From: Candidatus Peribacteraceae bacterium
GTDB lineage: Bacteria > Patescibacteriota > Gracilibacteria > Peribacterales > Peribacteraceae
Reading direction: 5' to 3'
Assembly: GCA_028699155.1 (NCBI GenBank)
Contig: JAQVVD010000004.1
Coordinates: 3,924 to 67,923, forward strand
Length of the DNA: 64,000 nt
Part shown: in pieces, positions 1 through 7,563 of the stretch
Numbering within the stretch: the first letter of the stretch is position 1
How the letters are laid out: each line of letters opens with the position of its first letter
Notes under the pieces: generated by a model
What the model was told of the DNA's origin: nothing
Seen by the model: only the letters and a program-made list of their open reading frames with translations
Database searches by the model: none
Position numbers and translations under genes: made by a program

Positions 1-294
1 GTAGTCGAGGAAAACAACCATACTGCCGTCTTCGGAATAACCAACCAGATCAGGCTGGAATTTGATGCCGTGCTGGTTGATGCGGACATCGATGCCGACC
101 TGGGCGATGTGCGGCACATCCCAGAGGAGCCGCGCGAGGATGCCCCACGTCAGCGGATGCGTGAGGTTGTTGCCGGTTTGCGTGAACGCGAATGAATTGA
201 AGAACCCATCGGGAACGTATTGAATGGCGGGCTCGAGGCGGCTGGCAATCTCATCGGCAATGGTGTCGCAATGCATGGTGCTGTTGGGCGGCAT
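1..294 (-). CDS. hypothetical protein; its 3' part runs off the left edge of the window
   Basis: Uninterrupted reverse-strand frame from ATG at 294-292 down to position 1 (98 codons, MPPNSTMHCDTIADEIASRLEPAIQYVPDGFF...FQPDLVGYSEDGSMVVFLDY). It is missing from the ORF track only because it has no stop inside the window. No family recognised. Confidence 0.4.
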   Translation of the reverse strand, partial: MPPNSTMHCDTIADEIASRLEPAIQYVPDGFFNSFAFTQTGNNLTHPLTWGILARLLWDVPHIAQVGIDVRINQHGIKFQPDLVGYSEDGSMVVFLDY

Positions 295-446
295 AACTTC
301 TGATTATGGGTGCAGATCATCCTGTCTTCTTGACGAATTGTACCAGATGGAATGAGCGTACGGACATTTGAGAGATTTGTGGTTGATGCAACGTGTACAG
401 CCACCAAAGGTGCTCATCCAAAGAATCACTTGCGCTCTCCTTGTGC

Positions 447-537
447 GCTATACTCATTCCCGTGTCTACTTTCGCCACCCTGCATCCCGTTCTACAAGCA
501 CTCATCGCCACGATAGTTACATGGGGTGTTACGGCGC
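447..537 (+). repeat. left copy of a 91-bp imperfect direct repeat (zupT promoter/5' end)
   Basis: Aligns without gaps to 4776-4866. The two copies share GCTATACTC, then a divergent 12 bp around the start codon, then 70 bp (468-537 vs 4797-4866) with 3 mismatches. Confidence 0.9.
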
Positions 538-563
538 GAGAAATTTCATCGTTTTGTAAATGA
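462..563 (+). pseudogene. truncated zupT-like 5' fragment (25 ZupT-like codons, then unrelated sequence and a stop)
   Basis: The frame from GTG at 462 reads VSTFATLHPVLQALIATIVTWGVTA, compared with MTTFATLHPVLQALIATIVTWGVTA for intact ZupT at 4791. Homology ends at 538 and a TGA stop lies at 561-563. Confidence 0.6.
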
Positions 564-750
564 AAGAAGGGAAAGGTATCTCGTACAAAATTGTTCTGTA
601 GAGAAACAGTACCGTATATCTGTCTATACAGGCAAAGATCAGATAAGCAGTATACTTGACTATTTCTGGTCGCTGCGTATCCTCTGCAATCCGTGAGAAT
701 TTTTGTATCACGGCGTTTCGCTGACCTTTCAAATCATCGGAGAAAGACTC

Positions 751-2055
751 ATGAATAAGATTGTTTCCCGTACATTCGCCGATGCGTTCTTCGCCATGAA
801 GGCTGACTCCAAGAATGCGATCTTCTTTGAAGGCGGTTCCTGCCGCATTGCCCAGCGACTTATGACTGATCCAAATTACATGCCTACTCAGACAGATTTT
901 CCGGAGTACGACCCCAGTTGTTGGTCGAACATTGAGGAAGACTGTTCAAGCCTGCGGAGTGAAATCACAGAATTCCTCACAGGAGATACGCCGCCAATTC
1001 CAGGGCAAAGAGACAAACCGTCTGAGCCAACTGAGGATACACCTCTTGCGAGACTCAAAACCTACGCAAAGACGTACTGGCAGCTCACCAGCGCGGATGT
1101 CGAACTCACGCATCTTTGCAATTGCCGCTGTCGGTTCTGCTATCTCGCATCTTACGAGAATAGTGGTTTGCGACTCGAGGAATTGCAACGAATTGGATCA
1201 GCACTGAAGGATGCAGGCGTGATCTTTACGTCGCTGACGGGCGGCGAACTCTTCTTGCGACCCGATGCAATGGACATCCTGCAGTTGTTTACGGATTTGA
1301 ATTTCATGCTGGAAATTAAATCCAATGGTACGCTGCTGGATGCCGCAAAAATCGAAACGCTGGCTCGATTGCCCATCTTCGACATGCAGATTTCGATCTA
1401 CGAAACCGCCGACGGATTCTCGGCAACAACACAGCGATCGTACCCCTTCACGCAAGTGACGGAAAGTATCAAACAGCTTGCCTCATCCGAGGTGCCATTG
1501 ACGCTATCGGTCACCGTCGGGAAACACAATGTGGACCGACTGGACGAAATCCACCATGCTCTCAAGCAGATTGCTGACATCGCCATTTTTTACTCGCCAT
1601 ACATCACTCCGCGACGTTCTGGGGCAGATGACGGAATTACATTCCGCCTTTCTACAACGGAAATGCAGGAAAAATTACTCCCGTTCCTGAGAAGGACAGG
1701 TAACTTTTCCAAAATGGAGCCGTACCGCGATTGCACCGCCTGTTTGCATCCGTGCACCGCAGGCATCACGCAGGTTGCCATTGATCCCTTGGGAAATCTG
1801 TATCCTTGCTTGGATCTCCCTGTCGTCATCGGCAACGTAAGGCATGGCGATGTCGACACGCTCCTGTCTTCCGCAACCCGGGGACAGGCAATGAGCAGAT
1901 TCCGGATGGCAGACATGGCTCAATGCCTTGAATGCGATGTCCGGGAGTACTGCGACAGTTGTGTAGGCATCTCACTTTTGGAGAACGGCACTCACACTCG
2001 GCCGGCTAGACACAAGTGCGATGTCGTTCGTTTCTTTACGTTGAACGAACCCTAA
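751..2055 (+). CDS. radical SAM / SPASM-domain enzyme (candidate peptide maturase)
   Basis: CX3CX2C cluster (LCNCRCRFCY), GGE-type SAM motif (LTGGELF), and a C-terminal SPASM-like pattern (CTAGITQVAIDPLGNLYPC ... CLECDVREYCDSC ... HKCD). I moved the start from the listed TTG at 703 to ATG at 751, which is preceded by GGAGA. About 125 aa of non-rSAM sequence lie N-terminal to the cluster. Confidence 0.85.
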   Translation: MNKIVSRTFADAFFAMKADSKNAIFFEGGSCRIAQRLMTDPNYMPTQTDFPEYDPSCWSNIEEDCSSLRSEITEFLTGDTPPIPGQRDKPSEPTEDTPLARLKTYAKTYWQLTSADVELTHLCNCRCRFCYLASYENSGLRLEELQRIGSALKDAGVIFTSLTGGELFLRPDAMDILQLFTDLNFMLEIKSNGTLLDAAKIETLARLPIFDMQISIYETADGFSATTQRSYPFTQVTESIKQLASSEVPLTLSVTVGKHNVDRLDEIHHALKQIADIAIFYSPYITPRRSGADDGITFRLSTTEMQEKLLPFLRRTGNFSKMEPYRDCTACLHPCTAGITQVAIDPLGNLYPCLDLPVVIGNVRHGDVDTLLSSATRGQAMSRFRMADMAQCLECDVREYCDSCVGISLLENGTHTRPARHKCDVVRFFTLNEP

Positions 2056-2073
2056 CCTGAAAGGAGGCTTCTC

Positions 2074-2166
2074 ATGAAGAAGTCTTTCTCCAAGACCCGT
2101 GTCACCAGAAACGCGGCACGCGTCTACGAATGCAACGGCAAGCAATCCAAAAACGCTTGCCGGTAG
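2074..2166 (+). CDS. 30-aa basic two-cysteine peptide MKKSFSKTRVTRNAARVYECNGKQSKNACR, candidate RiPP precursor
   Basis: It is below the ORF-track size cutoff. AAGGAGG at 2061-2067 lies 6 nt upstream of ATG 2074. The ORF starts 19 nt after the rSAM stop and is followed by an intrinsic terminator at 2270-2303. Confidence 0.55.
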   Translation: MKKSFSKTRVTRNAARVYECNGKQSKNACR

Positions 2167-2269
2167 ATTGACGACGGCCCTGCCATTGTCATGCCGAAGT
2201 AAGCTCTGATCATATGCTGACACTTAAACTCTAGCCGGCCTTAAGTGCGGCGCATGCAAGCAGAGCAAA

Positions 2270-2303
2270 GAGCGAGACCCCTGTGGTCTCGCTCCATTTT
2301 TTT
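2270..2303 (+). terminator. rho-independent terminator after the peptide gene
   Basis: Perfect 10-bp stem GAGCGAGACC / GGTCTCGCTC with a 5-nt loop, followed by CA and seven T (2297-2303). Confidence 0.7.
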
Positions 2304-2400
2304 ACGCTACAATATCCCCGCTGTGCAACTCACTCTCTTCAGCAAACAACGGCGTGAAAGTGTTTTAGAAACACTGGCGATCTGCAAGCGTCTTGTAGGG

Positions 2401-4146
2401 ATGATTTGGGACATGGACAAGCGCCTGCTCACCGCTGCTGTACTGAGTGCTCTCGTGCCGAGCATCGTGCCATTCGTAAACGCCTATATCTACAAACTTG
2501 TCATTGATGCAATCATTGCTGGTCTCAGTGACCCTGCTGCAATCAATATGCAGCATTTGGTCATGTTGCTCACCACGCGTGTGGCAACGTACTTTGTACA
2601 AGATGCTGCATTCAGTACGCAGGGTTATGTGGAACGGCTTCTGTGGACCAAATTCCCCATTTATTTGAACAAAAAGCTCTTCGGTCATATAGCCGAGCTG
2701 GATATCGAAAACTTTGAAGATCCAGCGTTTCGCGACCGCCTAGAGAAAGTGCGTGATTCTTGGTATCGACCGCAAAATCTCATCACGGGCATGCTTTTTG
2801 CGCTCCAGAGCCTCGTGCAGTTTCTAATCGCGTTCGTCGCGATGCTCACACTGAACTGGATGCTCGTGCTGCCCATTGCGCTGATTGCCATTCCTGAATT
2901 CCTCTATCGGCTCTATGAGTCGCAATCCGCCTGGTCGATTTGGGACTGGCATAGCCACCGCAAAAAGCGATATTCCTACTTGTCGCATATGCTGCAGGAT
3001 GCGCAAAGCATTAAAGAGATGCGCATTTTCCGGCTTGCCCCGCTGTTTGTGCAGCAAACAACGGCAGTGCAGGAAGAGTTTTATGAAGATAACAAAAGTC
3101 TTTCAATGAGAGCATACCTGTTTCGGCTCATTTTCAACGGGCTCTCGACAGTGGTCTTCGTCGGTATAGAAGTCTATGTCATTGTACTCGCCTTCGCGCG
3201 AAGGGTGACAGTCGGTGACATCAGCTTTTACACGCAGATCGTGAGCAACTTCCAGAACGGTTTGGGCGGGCTGCTGCGCAACATGAATGACGTCTTCGAA
3301 GCCAGCTTGTACGTGAAGAGCTTTTTTGAGGTTATGGACGCCCCCGCAGTTATGTCATCGGCGCAGAACGCCACCGTGCTAGAACTCACTCAATCGCCAT
3401 CCATCACCTTTGATCATGTGTCATTCCGGTACCCGGGAATGGATCACGAAGTTCTTAATGACTTCAATCTCGAAATTTCTCCCAGAGAGAAAGTGGCATT
3501 CGTCGGTGAAAACGGTGCGGGGAAGACAACTATCATCAAGCTTCTCGCCCGTTTCTACGATCCGACGAGCGGTCGAATTCTCGTGAATGGCACGGATCTC
3601 CGTGAGCTGGAGCTCGACAGCTGGCACAGACAACTGGCAATCCTGTTCCAGGACTTTAACCGGTACGAAGACACCGCGAAGCAAAACATCTACTTCGGCA
3701 ATGTGCTGCGCAATATGGACATGAAGGACATCGAAAAGGCAGCAGTCGACGCGGGTGCGAATGCCATGATCGATGCCCTAGAGAAGGGATACGACCAGAT
3801 GCTTGGTCGTATGTTCGAATCCGGCGAAGAACTATCCGTTGGGCAGTGGCAGAAAATCGCTCTTGCCCGGGCATATTACCGCAATGCACCCGTCCTCATT
3901 CTCGATGAACCAACTGCAGCCATCGATGCAAAAGCCGAGGCAGAGATCTTCACACGTGTCGAAGAACTAAGCAAAGACAAAACCGTCATCTTAATTTCAC
4001 ACCGCTTCTCTACCGTGCGCATGGCGGACCGCATCATTGTCATCAACGAGGGCAAGCTCTTCGAACAAGGATCGCATGCAGAGTTGATGCGGCAGAAAGG
4101 AGTGTATGCGGAACTCTTTAGCCTGCAGGCAAAAGGGTATCAATAG
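2401..4146 (+). CDS. ABC exporter, fused permease/ATPase half-transporter (MsbA/MdlB-like)
   Basis: N-terminal six-TM-type region, Walker A GENGAGKTT, signature LSVGQWQKIALARA, Walker B VLILDEPTAAID. The listed start at 2245 would read through the terminator, so I use the first ATG after it (2401). No C39 peptidase domain is present. Confidence 0.9.
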   Translation: MIWDMDKRLLTAAVLSALVPSIVPFVNAYIYKLVIDAIIAGLSDPAAINMQHLVMLLTTRVATYFVQDAAFSTQGYVERLLWTKFPIYLNKKLFGHIAELDIENFEDPAFRDRLEKVRDSWYRPQNLITGMLFALQSLVQFLIAFVAMLTLNWMLVLPIALIAIPEFLYRLYESQSAWSIWDWHSHRKKRYSYLSHMLQDAQSIKEMRIFRLAPLFVQQTTAVQEEFYEDNKSLSMRAYLFRLIFNGLSTVVFVGIEVYVIVLAFARRVTVGDISFYTQIVSNFQNGLGGLLRNMNDVFEASLYVKSFFEVMDAPAVMSSAQNATVLELTQSPSITFDHVSFRYPGMDHEVLNDFNLEISPREKVAFVGENGAGKTTIIKLLARFYDPTSGRILVNGTDLRELELDSWHRQLAILFQDFNRYEDTAKQNIYFGNVLRNMDMKDIEKAAVDAGANAMIDALEKGYDQMLGRMFESGEELSVGQWQKIALARAYYRNAPVLILDEPTAAIDAKAEAEIFTRVEELSKDKTVILISHRFSTVRMADRIIVINEGKLFEQGSHAELMRQKGVYAELFSLQAKGYQ

Positions 4147-4173
4147 CTTTCCACATTCGAAAACGCGTCACAT

Positions 4174-4695
4174 TCAAAGCGATTTCAACATCTCGATGGT
4201 CCGATCGCAGTACCCGCATTTTTCATAGAATGTATGTGCTCCCGTGTTCGGCGCAAAACATTCAACGCGAATGTGTATGCAGTTCTTTTCTTTGAGGAAT
4301 ACCTCCATTGCCGCCATCAGTTCTTTTCCCACGTTCTGTCCGCGATGCTCAGGGCTCACGACCAGTTCCACGATCCTTCCGCTCGTTTCCGGATATACTT
4401 CTATCTGATCTTCCGGCGATGTCACCTCAACCACTCCGGCAATGCCACCAAGGATGCCACCCTCTTGCTCTGCAACAAAGATTCTGCCGTTGTCTTTGGA
4501 AATGCGTCGCAGCAAACGCTCCACATACGTGGGTACATCGAATTTCTTTCCTGATTTGTTGAGTCGTAGAGGATCAAGACCGGCGACGTAATCCTGCAGG
4601 ACACGGATAAGATCTATGAGACCTTCTTTATCTTCGTTGATATATGCCCGTATTTCCACGTGGGGATTATAGCTATGAGATTTTCGTCTGTGCAT
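4174..4695 (-). CDS. GNAT family N-acetyltransferase
   Basis: 173 aa with an acetyl-CoA binding motif of the R/Q-x-x-G-x-G/A type (HRGQNVGKELM) and GNAT-like beta-alpha topology. Confidence 0.8.
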   Translation of the reverse strand: MHRRKSHSYNPHVEIRAYINEDKEGLIDLIRVLQDYVAGLDPLRLNKSGKKFDVPTYVERLLRRISKDNGRIFVAEQEGGILGGIAGVVEVTSPEDQIEVYPETSGRIVELVVSPEHRGQNVGKELMAAMEVFLKEKNCIHIRVECFAPNTGAHTFYEKCGYCDRTIEMLKSL

Positions 4696-4775
4696 CCAGA
4701 TAAGCCAAAATGCATCTTTAATCGGAACCTAGTCGAGCCGATTAGCGATGTATAAGCTCCTCTCAATGAGAGAAT

Positions 4776-4866
4776 GCTATACTCCCACCAATGACAACTT
4801 TCGCCACCCTGCATCCTGTTCTTCAGGCACTCATCGCCACGATAGTTACATGGGGTGTTACGGCGC
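4776..4866 (+). repeat. right copy of the 91-bp imperfect direct repeat (functional zupT promoter and first 25 codons)
   Basis: See 447-537. The three mismatches in the 70-bp core are all synonymous third-position changes (CCC/CCT, CTA/CTT, CAA/CAG). Confidence 0.9.
4778..4783 (+). promoter_or_regulatory. putative -10 box TATACT, 7 nt upstream of the zupT ATG (leaderless-type)
   Basis: TGCTATACT followed by 7 nt and then ATG at 4791, with no Shine-Dalgarno. The same arrangement occurs at 449-454 with GTG at 462. Confidence 0.35.
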
Positions 4867-5600
4867 TCGGTGCCAGCATGATCTTTGGTTTTCGAACGCT
4901 GAATCAGAAGGTCCTGGATGGAATGCTCGGGTTCGCCGCCGGAGTGATGATTGCTGCGAGTTTCTGGTCGCTCTTGGCTCCTGCAATAGAAATGTCTGAG
5001 GGGGGGCCTTTGCCGAAGTGGATACCTGCAGCATTGGGATTTGCGGCGGGTGGCGTATTCCTCAGGATTCTTGATAGGCTGATTCCGCACCTGCACCTGG
5101 GTTTCCCAAAGTCAGAAGCAGAAGGGCCTCACACACACCTGCACAAAACGACACTGCTCATTTTGGCGATTACGCTCCATAACATTCCGGAAGGGCTAGC
5201 CATAGGTGTCGCATTCGGTGCTCTGGCGAATGGCGGCGATGCGATCACTCTTGCAGGCGCTGTGGCGTTGGCGCTGGGCATAGGGATTCAAAATTTCCCG
5301 GAAGGATTTGCAGTAGCAGCTCCCTTGAAGCGAGAGGGAATGTCTACCGGAAAATGTATTTGGTACGGGCAGCTTTCTGCTGTTGTGGAACCGATCGCTG
5401 CTGTAATCGGCGCAGCAGCTGTCATTGTCATGCAGCCAATCCTACCGTATGCATTGGCTTTTGCTGCGGGAGCAATGATCTTCGTGGTGGTGGAAGAGGT
5501 CGTCCCAGAGAGCCAGCGCGCGGGGCACACGGATATCGCAACTGCATCTGCAATGCTCGGATTCCTCGTGATGATGACGCTAGATGTGGCATTGGGGTAG
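4791..5600 (+). CDS. zupT: ZIP family zinc/metal transporter
   Basis: 269 aa, about 8 TM segments, with ZIP signature segments (LHNIPEGLAIG, GIGIQNFPEGFAVA). Confidence 0.9.
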   Translation: MTTFATLHPVLQALIATIVTWGVTALGASMIFGFRTLNQKVLDGMLGFAAGVMIAASFWSLLAPAIEMSEGGPLPKWIPAALGFAAGGVFLRILDRLIPHLHLGFPKSEAEGPHTHLHKTTLLILAITLHNIPEGLAIGVAFGALANGGDAITLAGAVALALGIGIQNFPEGFAVAAPLKREGMSTGKCIWYGQLSAVVEPIAAVIGAAAVIVMQPILPYALAFAAGAMIFVVVEEVVPESQRAGHTDIATASAMLGFLVMMTLDVALG

Positions 5601-5631
5601 CCCTCTGTCTCTGCTGGTCTATGATTCGCCC

Positions 5632-6867
5632 TCACTCGTACCGCAGCGCATCGATCGGCTTGAGTTTGGCGGCCTGCCACGCCGGGAGAATGCCGAAGAA
5701 CACGCCGATCCCGATGGAGAAACCGAGCGCGAGCAGAATGGAATCGAAGGAAATGATGGCGCGCGTTTCCGCGTAGTTCGTCACGATCCAGGCTCCCAGG
5801 TAACTGATGAGCACTCCGATCGCGCCTCCCAGAACGCTCAGGACCATGGACTCCACCAGGAACTGCTGGAGAATGTCACGCTTCTTGGCGCCGATCGCCT
5901 TGCGGATGCCGATCTCGCGCGTGCGCTCCATCACAGAGACAAGCATGATATTCATCACGCCTATGCCTCCGACGATCAGGGAAATCGCCGCGATTCCCCC
6001 AAGGAGGAACGTGAATGTCTGGGTCACTTCATTCAGGGTTTCGACTGTATCGGACTGGTTTGCGATGTTGAAATCCTGATTGGCAATATTTGTGATGCGG
6101 TGCTGATTGCGCACAACGACCTCGATGAGAGCGGCCGTTTGGCTCATCTGATCCTGCCTCTCCACGGAAATATTGATGGAACTGAGCTTGTCCGTGCCCT
6201 GCACGCGCTGCTGCATCGTCGTGAGCGGAATCAGCGCGACTTCATTCTGGTTCGTGAATCCCTGCTGTCCTTTCTCCTCCATGATACCGATCACCGTGAA
6301 GATGTGCTGCTCGATGCGCATGTCCCTGCCAATGGGGCTCTCCGCCCCAAAGAGCGTCTCTGCCGCCTCCTGCCCCAGTACAACGACCTTCTCCCGTTTA
6401 TCGATGTGCCCCTGCGTGATGAATGACCCGAATTCCACGTTGAAATTCTTCACAACCGGATAGTCCGGCGTGACGCCGATGACACTCACCTGCATGTTCT
6501 TGTTCCCGACAATCGCCTGCATAGTTCCGGAAAGCTCTGGCGAAATTCCTATCAAGCCGCTCACGTTCTTCTCAATCGCGCTGACATCGTCCGACGAGAG
6601 CGTACTCGTGGAACTCCCCCCTCCCGCGCGGCGGAAGAGCGACCGCACATTCGTCTGCGAGGGGCTGCCGGGGCTGACCGTCAGGAGGTTCGTCCCCAAA
6701 CTCTCGATGCGTTCCGTGATCTGCTGCTGGGACCCCTGCCCTATGCCGACCATGAGTACCACGGATGCAACGCCGATGATCACGCCCAGCATCGTCAGTC
6801 CCGCGCGCAATTTGTTGCTGCGAATCGCATCGAGGGCGCTGCGGAGATTTTCGAGGAAATACAGCAT
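5632..6867 (-). CDS. ABC transporter permease, MacB/FtsX family
   Basis: 411 aa with an N-terminal TM, a large periplasmic MacB_PCD-like region and a C-terminal FtsX-type 3-TM bundle (ERTREIGIRKAIGA). It starts 4 nt after the stop of the ATPase gene. Confidence 0.9.
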   Translation of the reverse strand: MLYFLENLRSALDAIRSNKLRAGLTMLGVIIGVASVVLMVGIGQGSQQQITERIESLGTNLLTVSPGSPSQTNVRSLFRRAGGGSSTSTLSSDDVSAIEKNVSGLIGISPELSGTMQAIVGNKNMQVSVIGVTPDYPVVKNFNVEFGSFITQGHIDKREKVVVLGQEAAETLFGAESPIGRDMRIEQHIFTVIGIMEEKGQQGFTNQNEVALIPLTTMQQRVQGTDKLSSINISVERQDQMSQTAALIEVVVRNQHRITNIANQDFNIANQSDTVETLNEVTQTFTFLLGGIAAISLIVGGIGVMNIMLVSVMERTREIGIRKAIGAKKRDILQQFLVESMVLSVLGGAIGVLISYLGAWIVTNYAETRAIISFDSILLALGFSIGIGVFFGILPAWQAAKLKPIDALRYE

Positions 6868-6870
6868 AGA

Positions 6871-7563
6871 TCACTGCGTATGAATGAGGCCGTCCAGTAT
6901 GTGAATCGTTCGTCGCGCGTGCTCTGCCACATGCGGCTCATGCGTGACCATCACAATCGTCACGCCATTCGCACTCAGCTCATCCAGGAGCCCCATGATC
7001 TCTTCTCCAGTTTTGGAATCAAGCGCGCCTGTCGGCTCGTCTGCGAGAATGATCGCCGGATTGGTCACCAGTGCTCTCGCGATCGCTATGCGCTGCTTCT
7101 GCCCTCCGGAAAGCTCGTTCGGAAGATGGTGCATGCGATCCGCCAGTCCCACCGCCTTCAGAGCACTCTCCGCGTGCTCGATAGCCTCATGCCGATGCAC
7201 GCCCTGATAGAGCAGCGGCTGCATCACCTGTCGCAGCGCATTCATGCGCGGCAGCAGGTTGAACGCCTGGAATACGAACCCGATGCGCCTGCTGCGCACT
7301 TCCGCCTGCTCTCTCTCGGAGAGGTGGCTGACTTTCCTGCCCTCCAGGGTGTACGTCCCCGTGCTGGGCGTATCGAGCAGCCCGATGATATTCATGAGCG
7401 TCGATTTTCCGGAGCCGGACGGTCCCATGATCGCGATGAACTCGCCATCCTGAATGTGCAGGGAAACTCCTTTGAGCACCGTGAGTTCCTGGGTGCCCAG
7501 GACGTACGTCTTGGTGATGTCATGCAATTGGATCATGAGTCTGATGCGGGAATGCAGGATCAC
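6871..7563 (-). CDS. ABC transporter ATP-binding protein (MacB/LolD type)
   Basis: Walker A GPSGSGKST, signature LSGGQKQRIAIARAL, Walker B ILADEPTGALD. GTG at 7563 overlaps the adaptor stop as GTGA. An alternative ATG start at 7536 gives MIQLHDITKTY. Confidence 0.9.
   Translation of the reverse strand: MILHSRIRLMIQLHDITKTYVLGTQELTVLKGVSLHIQDGEFIAIMGPSGSGKSTLMNIIGLLDTPSTGTYTLEGRKVSHLSEREQAEVRSRRIGFVFQAFNLLPRMNALRQVMQPLLYQGVHRHEAIEHAESALKAVGLADRMHHLPNELSGGQKQRIAIARALVTNPAIILADEPTGALDSKTGEEIMGLLDELSANGVTIVMVTHEPHVAEHARRTIHILDGLIHTQ

Noticed and set aside
2245-2400. Listed N-terminal extension of the ABC exporter ORF (GTG at 2245)
   Set aside because: It would be translated straight through the strong terminator hairpin and T tract at 2270-2303, and the residues are not transporter-like. 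I used the first ATG after the terminator (2401).
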